Shown: positions 20,359 to 29,238 of the stretch, in pieces
How positions within the stretch are numbered: the stretch's first letter is position 1
How the letters are laid out: every line of letters starts with the position of its first letter
Source of the DNA: Sulfuricurvum sp.
GTDB taxonomy: Bacteria; Campylobacterota; Campylobacteria; Campylobacterales; Sulfurimonadaceae
DNA: 64,000 bases
Assembly (NCBI GenBank): GCA_030693335.1
Contig: JAUYAU010000001.1
Location: 13,796 to 77,795, forward strand
Reading direction: 5' to 3'
The notes under the pieces: generated by a model
Seen by the model: only the letters and a program-made list of their open reading frames with translations
Told to the model about the DNA's origin: nothing
Databases searched by the model: none
Program-made: the position numbers and the translations under genes

Positions 20359-21171
20359 TTATTGTAAATTTCGTTTTGCACCTGTTTTGATATGCGTTGC
20401 GTAAAGTGTAAGACCTGTAAAGGCTAATCCGCCTACGAGATTACCGAATACTACAGGAAGCTCATTCCAAAGTAGATAATCCCAGATAGTAAAGTTACCA
20501 CCCATAATCATTGAAAACGGAAACAAGAACATATTGACAATAGAGTGTTCAAAGCCCATAAAGAAAAAGAGCATGACAGGCATCCACATAGCCAAAAACT
20601 TCCCACTGACTGTGGTTGAGATCATGGCACCCACGACACCCATAGAGACCATCCAGTTACAAAGCATACCACGGATAAATACGGTCAACCATCCCATCAC
20701 ACCGTGTGCTTGATACCCTAATGTGCGCGCTTCACCGATGCTTCCCAGTTTGTCACCAACAGGACCTCCATCAATGGAATAGCCATAGGTTAAAATAAAC
20801 GACATCATAAATGCAACCGTTAACGCCCCTGCGAAGTTACCAATAAACACAAGACCCCAGTTTCTAAGCATTTGCTTGACAGTAACCCCTGGACGCTTGT
20901 CAATTAAGGCTAGCGGCACTAAAACAAACACGCCCGTTAAGAGATCAAATCCCATAAGGTAAAGCATGATGAAACCAACCGGAAATAAAAGCGCGCCAAT
21001 AAGCGGCACTCCTGTTTGTATGGAGACAGTAATCGCAAATGCCGCCGCCAATCCTAAAATCGCACCTGCCATATAAGCACGAATGAGTGTGTCTTTAGTA
21101 GACATATACACTTTGGACTCACCTGAGTCGACCATTTTGGTAACAAATTCGGTAGGAACTAAATAAGACAT
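20359..21171 (-). CDS. Formate/nitrite transporter (FNT) family channel, probably cyanate uptake
   Basis: LFPVGF...DLLTG, GMLCNWMV and GFEHSIVNM FNT motifs; immediately upstream of cynS. Confidence 0.9.
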   Translation of the reverse strand: MSYLVPTEFVTKMVDSGESKVYMSTKDTLIRAYMAGAILGLAAAFAITVSIQTGVPLIGALLFPVGFIMLYLMGFDLLTGVFVLVPLALIDKRPGVTVKQMLRNWGLVFIGNFAGALTVAFMMSFILTYGYSIDGGPVGDKLGSIGEARTLGYQAHGVMGWLTVFIRGMLCNWMVSMGVVGAMISTTVSGKFLAMWMPVMLFFFMGFEHSIVNMFLFPFSMIMGGNFTIWDYLLWNELPVVFGNLVGGLAFTGLTLYATHIKTGAKRNLQ

Positions 21172-21344
21172 TTGAAACTCCTTAGTTTGAAATCACAACC
21201 GTGATGAAGTATTATTTCATATAATCAAGAGTTTCTAGTCTTAATATTGTATAAAAATTAATCATATTCATTGTACTATTATTAATTAGTACTATTTAAG
21301 ATCTATTTAGCATTGTATGTGGAGTATAATAAGAGACTTTAATT

Positions 21345-22553
21345 TTGGATTACGATGTGGAAAACTGGTTACAGCTTCGTTTGTCTCGACTCTCTTTACG
21401 GGAACTTCATTTCTACACAATTTTTCTTATTTTGATTCTTTTTGTCATTTTTTCATCTTTGCTTATCTATGATGAATATCATAACTTTTTAACAGCAGCG
21501 AGTCATACCATGACTAACACACAGGGGAATCCGATCGCCTTGAAAGGGGGTATGATAAAAATCATTTTGAATATTTCTACTTTGGCACTGATTTTATTTG
21601 GCTTGATTATTGGGATTTCAAAAATTGTCAACAGCATGATTGCCAGAGATATCAAACGGTTTTTAGACTTTTTCGAATCGATTCATGAAAAAGAGATATC
21701 CATTTATCCAGCCGATCTTTATTTTGACGAATTTAAAAAGATGGCCGGATATGCTAATGGCATGGCTATGATGATTTATGAGCAAAAAGAGTCACTGCAA
21801 TCTCTCAACGCCAGTTTGGAAGAACGGGTTAAACAAAAAACCGAGGCGTTGCAACTCAAAAATGAAGCACTTGAAGAGGAGCAAAAATTTTCACAAGGGC
21901 TGCTTGAATCGCATAAACAGTTTATCCGCTATGCGATTCATGAGACCCATACGCCACTGTCGGTGATTATGGCGAATATCGAGTTGTTTAGCATGAATGA
22001 GGGGCGTAATCGTTATTTGGCTAAAATCGAAGCGGCGGTTAAAAATATCTTTAGTATTTACGATGATTTAAGCTATTTGGTCAAAAAAGATCAAATAGAA
22101 TATCCTAAAAAAGCGATGGATTTGCGCGAATACGTTGAAAAAAGGCTTGAATTTTTTGATGAGGTTGCCCATTTTTCAAATCTCTCTTTTGAGTATGAGA
22201 CATCAGAATTTCCGGCATGGATACAGTTTAATGAGACGAAACTTCAGCGGGTTATCGATAATAATCTAACGAATGCGATCAAATATACCAAAAATGGAGA
22301 AAGCATACGAGTAGGGGTCGGTTCGAATCTCGATGAATGTACTTTTTGGGTTGAAAGTCATTCGCAAAAAATTGAAGATGTCAATAAAATTTTTGAAGCG
22401 TACTACCGTGAGCGTAAAAAAACAGATGGGTTTGGATTGGGGCTTAGTTTGGTCAAATCAATTTGTGATGAAGAAGGGGTGAGCATTCGTATTGATTCAA
22501 CGGTTGAATACACCCGTTTTGAGTATCAGTTTCCTAAAAAGGGGCATATTTGA
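21345..22553 (+). CDS. Membrane sensor histidine kinase with only a short periplasmic loop
   Basis: Two TM helices, coiled coil, H-box HETHTPL, N-box NAIKYT, G-box GFGLGLS; start codon uncertain (TTG 21345 or GTG 21357). Confidence 0.9.
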   Translation: MDYDVENWLQLRLSRLSLRELHFYTIFLILILFVIFSSLLIYDEYHNFLTAASHTMTNTQGNPIALKGGMIKIILNISTLALILFGLIIGISKIVNSMIARDIKRFLDFFESIHEKEISIYPADLYFDEFKKMAGYANGMAMMIYEQKESLQSLNASLEERVKQKTEALQLKNEALEEEQKFSQGLLESHKQFIRYAIHETHTPLSVIMANIELFSMNEGRNRYLAKIEAAVKNIFSIYDDLSYLVKKDQIEYPKKAMDLREYVEKRLEFFDEVAHFSNLSFEYETSEFPAWIQFNETKLQRVIDNNLTNAIKYTKNGESIRVGVGSNLDECTFWVESHSQKIEDVNKIFEAYYRERKKTDGFGLGLSLVKSICDEEGVSIRIDSTVEYTRFEYQFPKKGHI

Positions 22554-23212
22554 AAATCTTTCTACTTGAAGATGAACAGATGCTCAGTGATGCTATCAAT
22601 GAGTATTTGCTAGCTTTAGGGCATCGTGTTGTTGTCTGCTACGATGGAAGCGAAGCGCTGGTGTCTATACAAGCAGAGAATTTTGATTTGCTCATATTGG
22701 ATATCAATGTTCCGGGAATCGACGGATTGGATTTGCTCGAACAGCTCCATATTCTTAAAATTCGCCCTCCTGCTATCTATATCAGCGCATTGGCAGATAT
22801 TGAGGGAATCAGTCGGGCGTATGATCTTGGGTGTTATGATTATCTCAAAAAGCCGTTTCACCTTAAAGAACTCTCTTTGCGCATTGATAAAGTAATGCAG
22901 GTATGTGCAGTGCCGCAAAATCATCTTTGCCTCTCAAAAAGTTACAGTTACGATGCCTCCACTTCTACCTTACAGTGTGAAAATACGATACAGCCACTTT
23001 CAAGACGGCAATTGCAGATTATTGACTTATTGGCACGCAATAGGGGAAGGGTAGTCGATTTTGACCAATTTCGCATCTATATATGGGATGATGAATACGT
23101 CGATAATGCTACGATTAGAGCGGAGGTAAGCCGTCTGAAAAAAAGTCTCAAAGAAGATTTCATCCAAAACATTCGGGCATTAGGTTATATGATCGATATT
23201 CCTAAAAGCTAA
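22550..23212 (+). CDS. OmpR-family DNA-binding response regulator
   Basis: LLEDE, LLILD, KKPF receiver motifs; winged helix ending IQNIRALGY; overlaps the kinase stop. Confidence 0.93.
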   Translation: MKIFLLEDEQMLSDAINEYLLALGHRVVVCYDGSEALVSIQAENFDLLILDINVPGIDGLDLLEQLHILKIRPPAIYISALADIEGISRAYDLGCYDYLKKPFHLKELSLRIDKVMQVCAVPQNHLCLSKSYSYDASTSTLQCENTIQPLSRRQLQIIDLLARNRGRVVDFDQFRIYIWDDEYVDNATIRAEVSRLKKSLKEDFIQNIRALGYMIDIPKS

Positions 23213-23284
23213 TCGTGCTACTTTTTTACACACACGTCTCCTAATATTAAAATTTCTGACGATAAATTTTTCTAATTTTACCTT

Positions 23285-23317
23285 TGCTACGTTCATGCTA
23301 CGTTTTGTTTTCATAAT
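23285..23317 (+). promoter_or_regulatory. Tandem direct repeat (OmpR/PhoB-type box) over the -35 region of the porin-actP promoter
   Basis: TGCTACGTT at 23285 and 23296 (11-bp period), then a CATAAT -10 at 23312-17. Confidence 0.65.
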
Positions 23318-23352
23318 GGCACTGTTAAAAACTTTTGGTTTGAGGAGTGTAT

Positions 23353-24708
23353 ATGAGAGGTACAGTATCTCTGTCGCTTTTGGCATCGGCTTTGGTTGTC
23401 AATGCTTTTGGTGCAGACGATTTGGCAGGAATGTTCAAAGAGGGGAAAGCAAGCGGTCAAATCCGGATGTTTTGGGTTGATCGTGAATACCAAGGGACAG
23501 CTGGAAACAAGACGCATAGAGATGCGACAGCCATCGGCGGTTATTTGAAATATGAAACAGGAGATTTCAAAGGACTTACTCTAGGGACTGCATTTTATAC
23601 GACAAATGGTCTTTTTATAGAGTTACCAAGAGAGGATTACTCCCAAAATGATATGACACTGCTGGGACCCAATAATGATAACTACTCAATGGTAGGTGAG
23701 CTTTATGCTCAATATAAAAGAGGAAATACTACATTCAAAGGTGGTCGTCAGAAACTGGATATTCATATGGCAGGAAGCGATGATGTTCGTATGACTCCTA
23801 ACTTGTTTGAAGCCTATTTATTGACAAATAAAGATGTTCCCAATACAACACTTGTAGCAGGACATATCACCAAATTCGCCCAAGGTAGTTTTGGGCGAGT
23901 TTATAATCACACAGAAGCAAGTTCAGAAGCTTCCAAATTACTTTCCGTTACCTCGGGTTATTCTTACGTTAATAGCCTCGATCAAGTAGGTGAATTTGTC
24001 AATATGGGAACGTATACTCTTGGTCAATCAACAAACGGGGTATCGGTTCTCTCAGCAACGTATACGGGAATAGAAAATCTAAAATTACAGTTGTGGGACT
24101 ATTACGCCCACGACATCGCGAATATCATTTACGGTGAAGCAAATCTCAATTGGAAAAGTTTTATCAGTGATAACATAAAACCAAGTGCGGGGCTTCAGAT
24201 CATCAAACAAAATGATGTCGGGGATGCATATGCAGGAGAGCTTGAAGGGTTATATGCCGCTGGAAAAGTTGGATTCCAAATCAATAACTTTGATATAGGA
24301 TTTTCATACTCACAAACAGCAAAAAACAATGCTACAGATTCGAAATTGAAAAATGCCATCATCACGCCATGGGGTGGAATACCGGCATACACGCAGGGGA
24401 TGGTAACACGTCATATGTTTTTGGCTGGAACTAAAGCGTGTAAAGTAAATGGTGGCTACAATTTTAAAGATCTTGGCGCTAGTTTAACAACTTCTGCCTA
24501 TTATACAGCGTTTGATATGGATAAAAACAGTGGATATGGGTTGGAAAGAACTGCAAGTGAGGCTGGATTCGAAGCAATCTATTACCCGGAATATGTCAAA
24601 AACTTACAGCTTCGCTTTCGTGGAAATTTTCCAAGAAATTTTGCAGAAGGTTCTAGCGGAACAACGGGCTGGAGTGAGTATCGCTTCATTGCAAACTATA
24701 ACTTTTAA
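23353..24708 (+). CDS. OprD-family outer-membrane porin
   Basis: GAGGAG RBS; signal peptide; FKGGRQKLD motif; amphipathic beta strands; C-terminal YNF. Confidence 0.85.
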   Translation: MRGTVSLSLLASALVVNAFGADDLAGMFKEGKASGQIRMFWVDREYQGTAGNKTHRDATAIGGYLKYETGDFKGLTLGTAFYTTNGLFIELPREDYSQNDMTLLGPNNDNYSMVGELYAQYKRGNTTFKGGRQKLDIHMAGSDDVRMTPNLFEAYLLTNKDVPNTTLVAGHITKFAQGSFGRVYNHTEASSEASKLLSVTSGYSYVNSLDQVGEFVNMGTYTLGQSTNGVSVLSATYTGIENLKLQLWDYYAHDIANIIYGEANLNWKSFISDNIKPSAGLQIIKQNDVGDAYAGELEGLYAAGKVGFQINNFDIGFSYSQTAKNNATDSKLKNAIITPWGGIPAYTQGMVTRHMFLAGTKACKVNGGYNFKDLGASLTTSAYYTAFDMDKNSGYGLERTASEAGFEAIYYPEYVKNLQLRFRGNFPRNFAEGSSGTTGWSEYRFIANYNF

Positions 24709-24720
24709 GGAGATGCAATT

Positions 24721-25035
24721 ATGAAACAAGAAATGGTTGATCGTATTAAAAACGATCCTGATTTTACACAGCTTGTCCGCGTACGAAGCAAGTTTGCATG
24801 GACATTGACGATTGTAATGCTGGTGATTTATTTTGGATTTGTGCTGACGATCGCATTTGATCCGTCGATTTTGGGTACTCCGCTCTCAAGCGGTTCGGTA
24901 ACAACAGTTGGTATTCCAGTGGGGATAGGTGTTATATTGAGTGCCTTTATTTTAACAGGGATTTATGTTCGACGTGCAAACGGTGAATTTGATGAGCTTA
25001 CTCGTCGTATTAAAGACAAAGCGAAGGGGGAATAA
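24721..25035 (+). CDS. DUF485 (YjcH-like) inner-membrane protein
   Basis: Two TMs, [12 protein letters not shown] motif; directly upstream of actP. Confidence 0.88.
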   Translation: MKQEMVDRIKNDPDFTQLVRVRSKFAWTLTIVMLVIYFGFVLTIAFDPSILGTPLSSGSVTTVGIPVGIGVILSAFILTGIYVRRANGEFDELTRRIKDKAKGE

Positions 25036-26696
25036 TGAAACCGATAATCTTTTTACTCTTAGGCTCAGCCGGAATATTTGCCGGTGAAGCCATTAGCGGT
25101 GCGGTAGAAAAGCAACCGTTAAATATGTCGGCGATTATCATGTTCTTGATTTTCGTTGGAGCAACACTTGCTATCACCTATTGGGCAGCAAAACGTACCA
25201 AAACAGCAAAAGATTTTTATACCGCAGGCGGTGGAATTACCGGTTTTCAAAACGGTATGGCGATTGCAGGAGACTATATGTCTGCGGCATCGTTTTTAGG
25301 TATTTCAGCGCTTGTTTACGGACAAGGGTATGATGGACTCATCTACTCTATCGGTTTTTTAGTGGGATGGCCGATTATTTTGTTCATGGTAGCAGAGCAG
25401 CTTCGTAACTTGGGTAAATATACATTTGCGGACGTTGCATCGTACCGTTTGCGTCAAATGCCTATTCGTACATTGGCGGCGTTTGGATCAATTTTGACAG
25501 TTGTTTTGTATCTTATCGCTCAAATGGTAGGTGCAGGTAAACTTATCCAGCTTCTTTTTGGATTGGATTATGAAATTGCCGTTATTTTGGTTGGGGTATT
25601 GATGATTCTTTACGTCACTTTTGGCGGAATGCTGGCAACAACATGGGTTCAAATCATCAAAGCCTTCCTGCTCCTCTCAGGTGCGACCTTTATGGCGATT
25701 GCGGTTATGGCACATTATAACTTTAACTTCGAATCGTTGTTTGCAACGGCTGTGCAGATGAAAGACGTTTCTATTATGTCTCCAGGGAAACTTGTCAGTG
25801 ATCCTATCTCGGCTATTTCACTGGGTATTGCTTTGATGTTTGGTACGGCGGGTCTTCCACATATTTTGATGCGTTTTTTCACGGTCAGTGATGCAAAAGA
25901 GGCTCGTAAATCAGTTTTTTATGCGACAGGATTTATCGGATATTTTTACATTCTGACATTCATCATCGGTTTTGGTGCGATTGTTTTGGTTTTCCAAAAC
26001 CCGCAATATCTTGATCTTGCAAAACAAGCTGTTGACGGTGGTTATCCAATCCTTGGGGGTGACAATATGGCGGCAATCCACCTTTCCCATGCAGTAGGGG
26101 GCGATTTCTTCCTCGGATTTATTTCCGCGGTAGCGTTTGCAACAATTCTTGCGGTTGTTTCCGGGTTGACACTCGCTGGTGCTTCGGCAATATCTCATGA
26201 TCTGTACGCCAGTGTTATAAAAAAAGGTAAAACTGATGGATTGATGGAGATGAAAGTTTCAAAAATTGCAACGATTGTTCTGGGTATCGTAGCGATTTTC
26301 CTTGGAATTATTTTCGAAGATCAAAATATTGCGTTTATGGTCGGATTGGCATTCGCTATCGCTGCAAGTGCCAACTTCCCAATTTTGTTTCTTTCTATGT
26401 ATTGGTCAAAACTTACTACAAGAGGAGCGTTGCTTGGTGGTTCATTAGGTCTTCTTACAGCAGCGGTATTGGTTATTCTAGGGCCTACGGTATGGGTTGA
26501 TGTATTGGGCAATGCTCAAGCAATTTTTCCATATAAATATCCGGCACTTTTTTCTGTGAGTGCAGCGTTTATCGGTATTTGGTTCTTCTCTATTACTGAC
26601 AGCAGTGATGAGGCTGCCAAAGAGCGTGAAGCATTTGAAGCACAATATGTCCGGGCTCAAACGGGTATCGGTGCTGAGGGTGCCTTGGAGCATTAA
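25035..26696 (+). CDS. actP: Cation/acetate symporter (SSS/SLC5 family)
   Basis: [32 protein letters not shown] motifs. Confidence 0.93.
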   Translation: MKPIIFLLLGSAGIFAGEAISGAVEKQPLNMSAIIMFLIFVGATLAITYWAAKRTKTAKDFYTAGGGITGFQNGMAIAGDYMSAASFLGISALVYGQGYDGLIYSIGFLVGWPIILFMVAEQLRNLGKYTFADVASYRLRQMPIRTLAAFGSILTVVLYLIAQMVGAGKLIQLLFGLDYEIAVILVGVLMILYVTFGGMLATTWVQIIKAFLLLSGATFMAIAVMAHYNFNFESLFATAVQMKDVSIMSPGKLVSDPISAISLGIALMFGTAGLPHILMRFFTVSDAKEARKSVFYATGFIGYFYILTFIIGFGAIVLVFQNPQYLDLAKQAVDGGYPILGGDNMAAIHLSHAVGGDFFLGFISAVAFATILAVVSGLTLAGASAISHDLYASVIKKGKTDGLMEMKVSKIATIVLGIVAIFLGIIFEDQNIAFMVGLAFAIAASANFPILFLSMYWSKLTTRGALLGGSLGLLTAAVLVILGPTVWVDVLGNAQAIFPYKYPALFSVSAAFIGIWFFSITDSSDEAAKEREAFEAQYVRAQTGIGAEGALEH

Positions 26697-26699
26697 CTT

Positions 26700-28523
26700 A
26701 TGAGCCTTTTTGATCAAAAAGCATTATTAATGTCGATTCATCCTTTCGATCTTTTGAGCGAGAGGATGATTGAAAAACTGATGACTCAGATGGATATTGC
26801 TTATTATCCCAAGGAGACAGTTTTAATTGCTCCTAGGGTACGTGCACAGTCTCTCACGATTATCATCAAAGGGGTAGTCAACGAGACCATTGAGGAGGAA
26901 CTTCAAAACGTTTACTCTGAATGTGACAGTTTTGATGCTAACTCCCTTATTTATGGAAATACTGAAAGTACTTTTAGTGTAGCAGAGGATCTTATCTGCT
27001 ACGAACTTCCCAAAGAGTCTTTCCTGAATCTTCTTCAAGACGTTGAACCGTTTCAAAACTATTTTATGCAGGATTTTATTACTAAACATCAAAACTTGAA
27101 AGAGCGTCAGTATCAAAATGAATTGACCCCGTTTATGCTTTCCCGTGTGGATGAAATTTATTTGCATAGACCCTGTTTTGTGGATGCTCACAGATCGATC
27201 AAAGAAGCATTACAAACTATGTCAGATGAAAATGCAAATGTTATTTTGGTTCGTGATGAGCAAAAAACAGGTATCGTGACAGATACCAATTTACGCGAAA
27301 AAGTGTTGTTATCCGAGAAAAGTATTCAAGACTCAATTGGTGAGATTGCAACTTTCGGACTCATTACGATTGAACAAAGTGATTTTCTTTTTAATGCATT
27401 GCTTTTATTTACCAAACACGGTGTTAAACGGTTGGTAGTTATGCATGAGGATAACGTTGTCGGGATCTTAGAACAGCTTGATCTTCTTAGCCATTTTGCA
27501 AACCATACCCACCTAATCGCCGCATCGATCGATCGGGCTCACAGTATTGATGAGCTTCAACATACGCAGCGTTCCCTGACCCATCTTGTCAGTTCGCTAA
27601 CCTCAAAAGGGGTGAAAGTACGGTATATCTCGAAGTTGGTGAGTGAGCTTAATAGCAAAATGTACGTAAAAGTCTTCGAGATGGCTGTTCCCAAAGATCT
27701 TCAAGGCAAGTGTGCTTTGATTGTAATGGGAAGCGAGGGGAGAGGTGAGCAGATATTGCGTACCGATCAAGACAATGCCCTGATTATTCGTGACGGTGAA
27801 AATGAAACACAATTTGAGCCTTACATGATGAGGTTCAATGAGTATTTACTTCAATTGGGTTTTCCCCTATGCAGCGGTAATGTCATGGTGAGCAATCCGT
27901 ATTGGCGACGAAGTGTTTTGGGATACAAAAGCATGATTTCCCAGTGGATTGAGTCTCTCAATGAAGAAGCACTTCTTTCTCTCTCGATCTTTTTGGACGC
28001 TTCATGCGTGGCAGGGGATGAAAATTTGTTGGGTGAGTGCAAAGATTATCTGTCTGAGCATTTTAAGGGGCGCAGCGACGTATTGGCCCATTTGGCAAAA
28101 TCGGCACTGGCTTTTGAGACTCCCTTGAGTCTTTTTTCAGGGTTTGTTTTGGGAACAGCCTTGCATGAAAATGAACTGGACATCAAAAAAGGGGGGATTT
28201 TTGCGATTGTACACGGAGTGCGTGTTTTGGCACTGGAGCATAAAATTGCGTGTACCAATACAACACAGAGAATTAAAGAACTCAATAACATCGGATTGTT
28301 TGACAAACAGTTCGCAAATGAGTTAATCGAGGCGTATGATACCTTGCTGGAGATACGTTTGCGCTCGATGCTTTTACAAAAGAAAATGGATGAAGAACAA
28401 AATTACGTTAATCCAAAACTTTTCAGTAAAACGGATCGCGATTTGCTCAAAGATGCTTTTAGAATTGTGAATATGTTTAAAAAGTTTTTGACCTATCATT
28501 TTCATTTGGGGATGGTAGTCTAA
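26700..28523 (+). CDS. cNMP-binding/CBS/DUF294 putative nucleotidyltransferase
   Basis: N-terminal cNMP-like domain, CBS pair (TGIVTDTNLR, GILEQLDLL), GSEGRGEQ...TDQDN NTase motif, LDIKKGG helical domain. Confidence 0.88.
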   Translation: MSLFDQKALLMSIHPFDLLSERMIEKLMTQMDIAYYPKETVLIAPRVRAQSLTIIIKGVVNETIEEELQNVYSECDSFDANSLIYGNTESTFSVAEDLICYELPKESFLNLLQDVEPFQNYFMQDFITKHQNLKERQYQNELTPFMLSRVDEIYLHRPCFVDAHRSIKEALQTMSDENANVILVRDEQKTGIVTDTNLREKVLLSEKSIQDSIGEIATFGLITIEQSDFLFNALLLFTKHGVKRLVVMHEDNVVGILEQLDLLSHFANHTHLIAASIDRAHSIDELQHTQRSLTHLVSSLTSKGVKVRYISKLVSELNSKMYVKVFEMAVPKDLQGKCALIVMGSEGRGEQILRTDQDNALIIRDGENETQFEPYMMRFNEYLLQLGFPLCSGNVMVSNPYWRRSVLGYKSMISQWIESLNEEALLSLSIFLDASCVAGDENLLGECKDYLSEHFKGRSDVLAHLAKSALAFETPLSLFSGFVLGTALHENELDIKKGGIFAIVHGVRVLALEHKIACTNTTQRIKELNNIGLFDKQFANELIEAYDTLLEIRLRSMLLQKKMDEEQNYVNPKLFSKTDRDLLKDAFRIVNMFKKFLTYHFHLGMVV

Positions 28524-29134
28524 TGTTTGAATCTCTCCTTCTTGGATGGAATCGCAGGAAGTTAAAGGATGAGAATTATGGATGGCTGTTTAATCCTTAT
28601 CAGGGAGATGAAGTCGTCATATTTGATACCGAAACAACGGGACTAAATACAAAAACCGATGTCGTTTTGAGCATCGGAGCGGTAAAAGTTAGAGGGGATA
28701 AAATTCTTACTTCCCAAAGTTTTGAGGTTTTCTTAAAACCTTCAAAAGAGATCAGTGCCCAAAGCATCAAAATTCACCATATTCGGCCATGCGATTTAGA
28801 ACAGGCTTTGGAGCCATTAGAGGGGGTACGAAAATTTTTAGAATTTATTGGAAATCGCCCATTGGTTGGGTATTATCTAGAGTTTGATATGGCAATGATA
28901 AATCGTTTGATTAAACCGTGGCTTGGGATAACGTTGCCCAATAAACAGATTGAAATTTCCGGGATATATTTTGATAAAAAAATTGCGTTGATTCCCCAAG
29001 GAAATATTGATTTACGCTTTGATACTATCCTTCGTGAATTGAATATTCCCAGAATGGGTCAGCACAATGCACTCAATGACGCAATTATGAGCGCAATGAT
29101 CTATATAAAATTACAACATGTACACAGGATTTAG
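28523..29134 (+). CDS. DEDDh 3'-5' exonuclease (DnaQ-like)
   Basis: FDTETTGL, LEFD and HNALND motifs. Confidence 0.9.
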   Translation: MFESLLLGWNRRKLKDENYGWLFNPYQGDEVVIFDTETTGLNTKTDVVLSIGAVKVRGDKILTSQSFEVFLKPSKEISAQSIKIHHIRPCDLEQALEPLEGVRKFLEFIGNRPLVGYYLEFDMAMINRLIKPWLGITLPNKQIEISGIYFDKKIALIPQGNIDLRFDTILRELNIPRMGQHNALNDAIMSAMIYIKLQHVHRI

Positions 29135-29137
29135 AAC

Positions 29138-29206
29138 GCCATCGGGGCAAAGCCCCGTTTGGCTACGCTAGCCGCTATGGCACTAAAGCTTGCCTCATTT
29201 GAGGCA
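29138..29206. repeat. Cluster of GC-rich hairpins (REP-like element or structured acs leader)
   Basis: GCCA-t-CGGGGC-AAA-GCCCCG-tt-TGGC (29138-63); GGCTA-CGC-TAGCC (29161-73); TGCCTC-ATTT-GAGGCA (29191-206). Confidence 0.55.
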
Positions 29207-29238
29207 GATGAATTAAACTGCACTAAGGAGCATTAACA

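Noticed and set aside
29162-29179. GCTACG...GCTATG as a second response-regulator box before acs
   Set aside because: 12-bp rather than 11-bp period, poorer match to TGCTACGTT, and already explained by the hairpin element.
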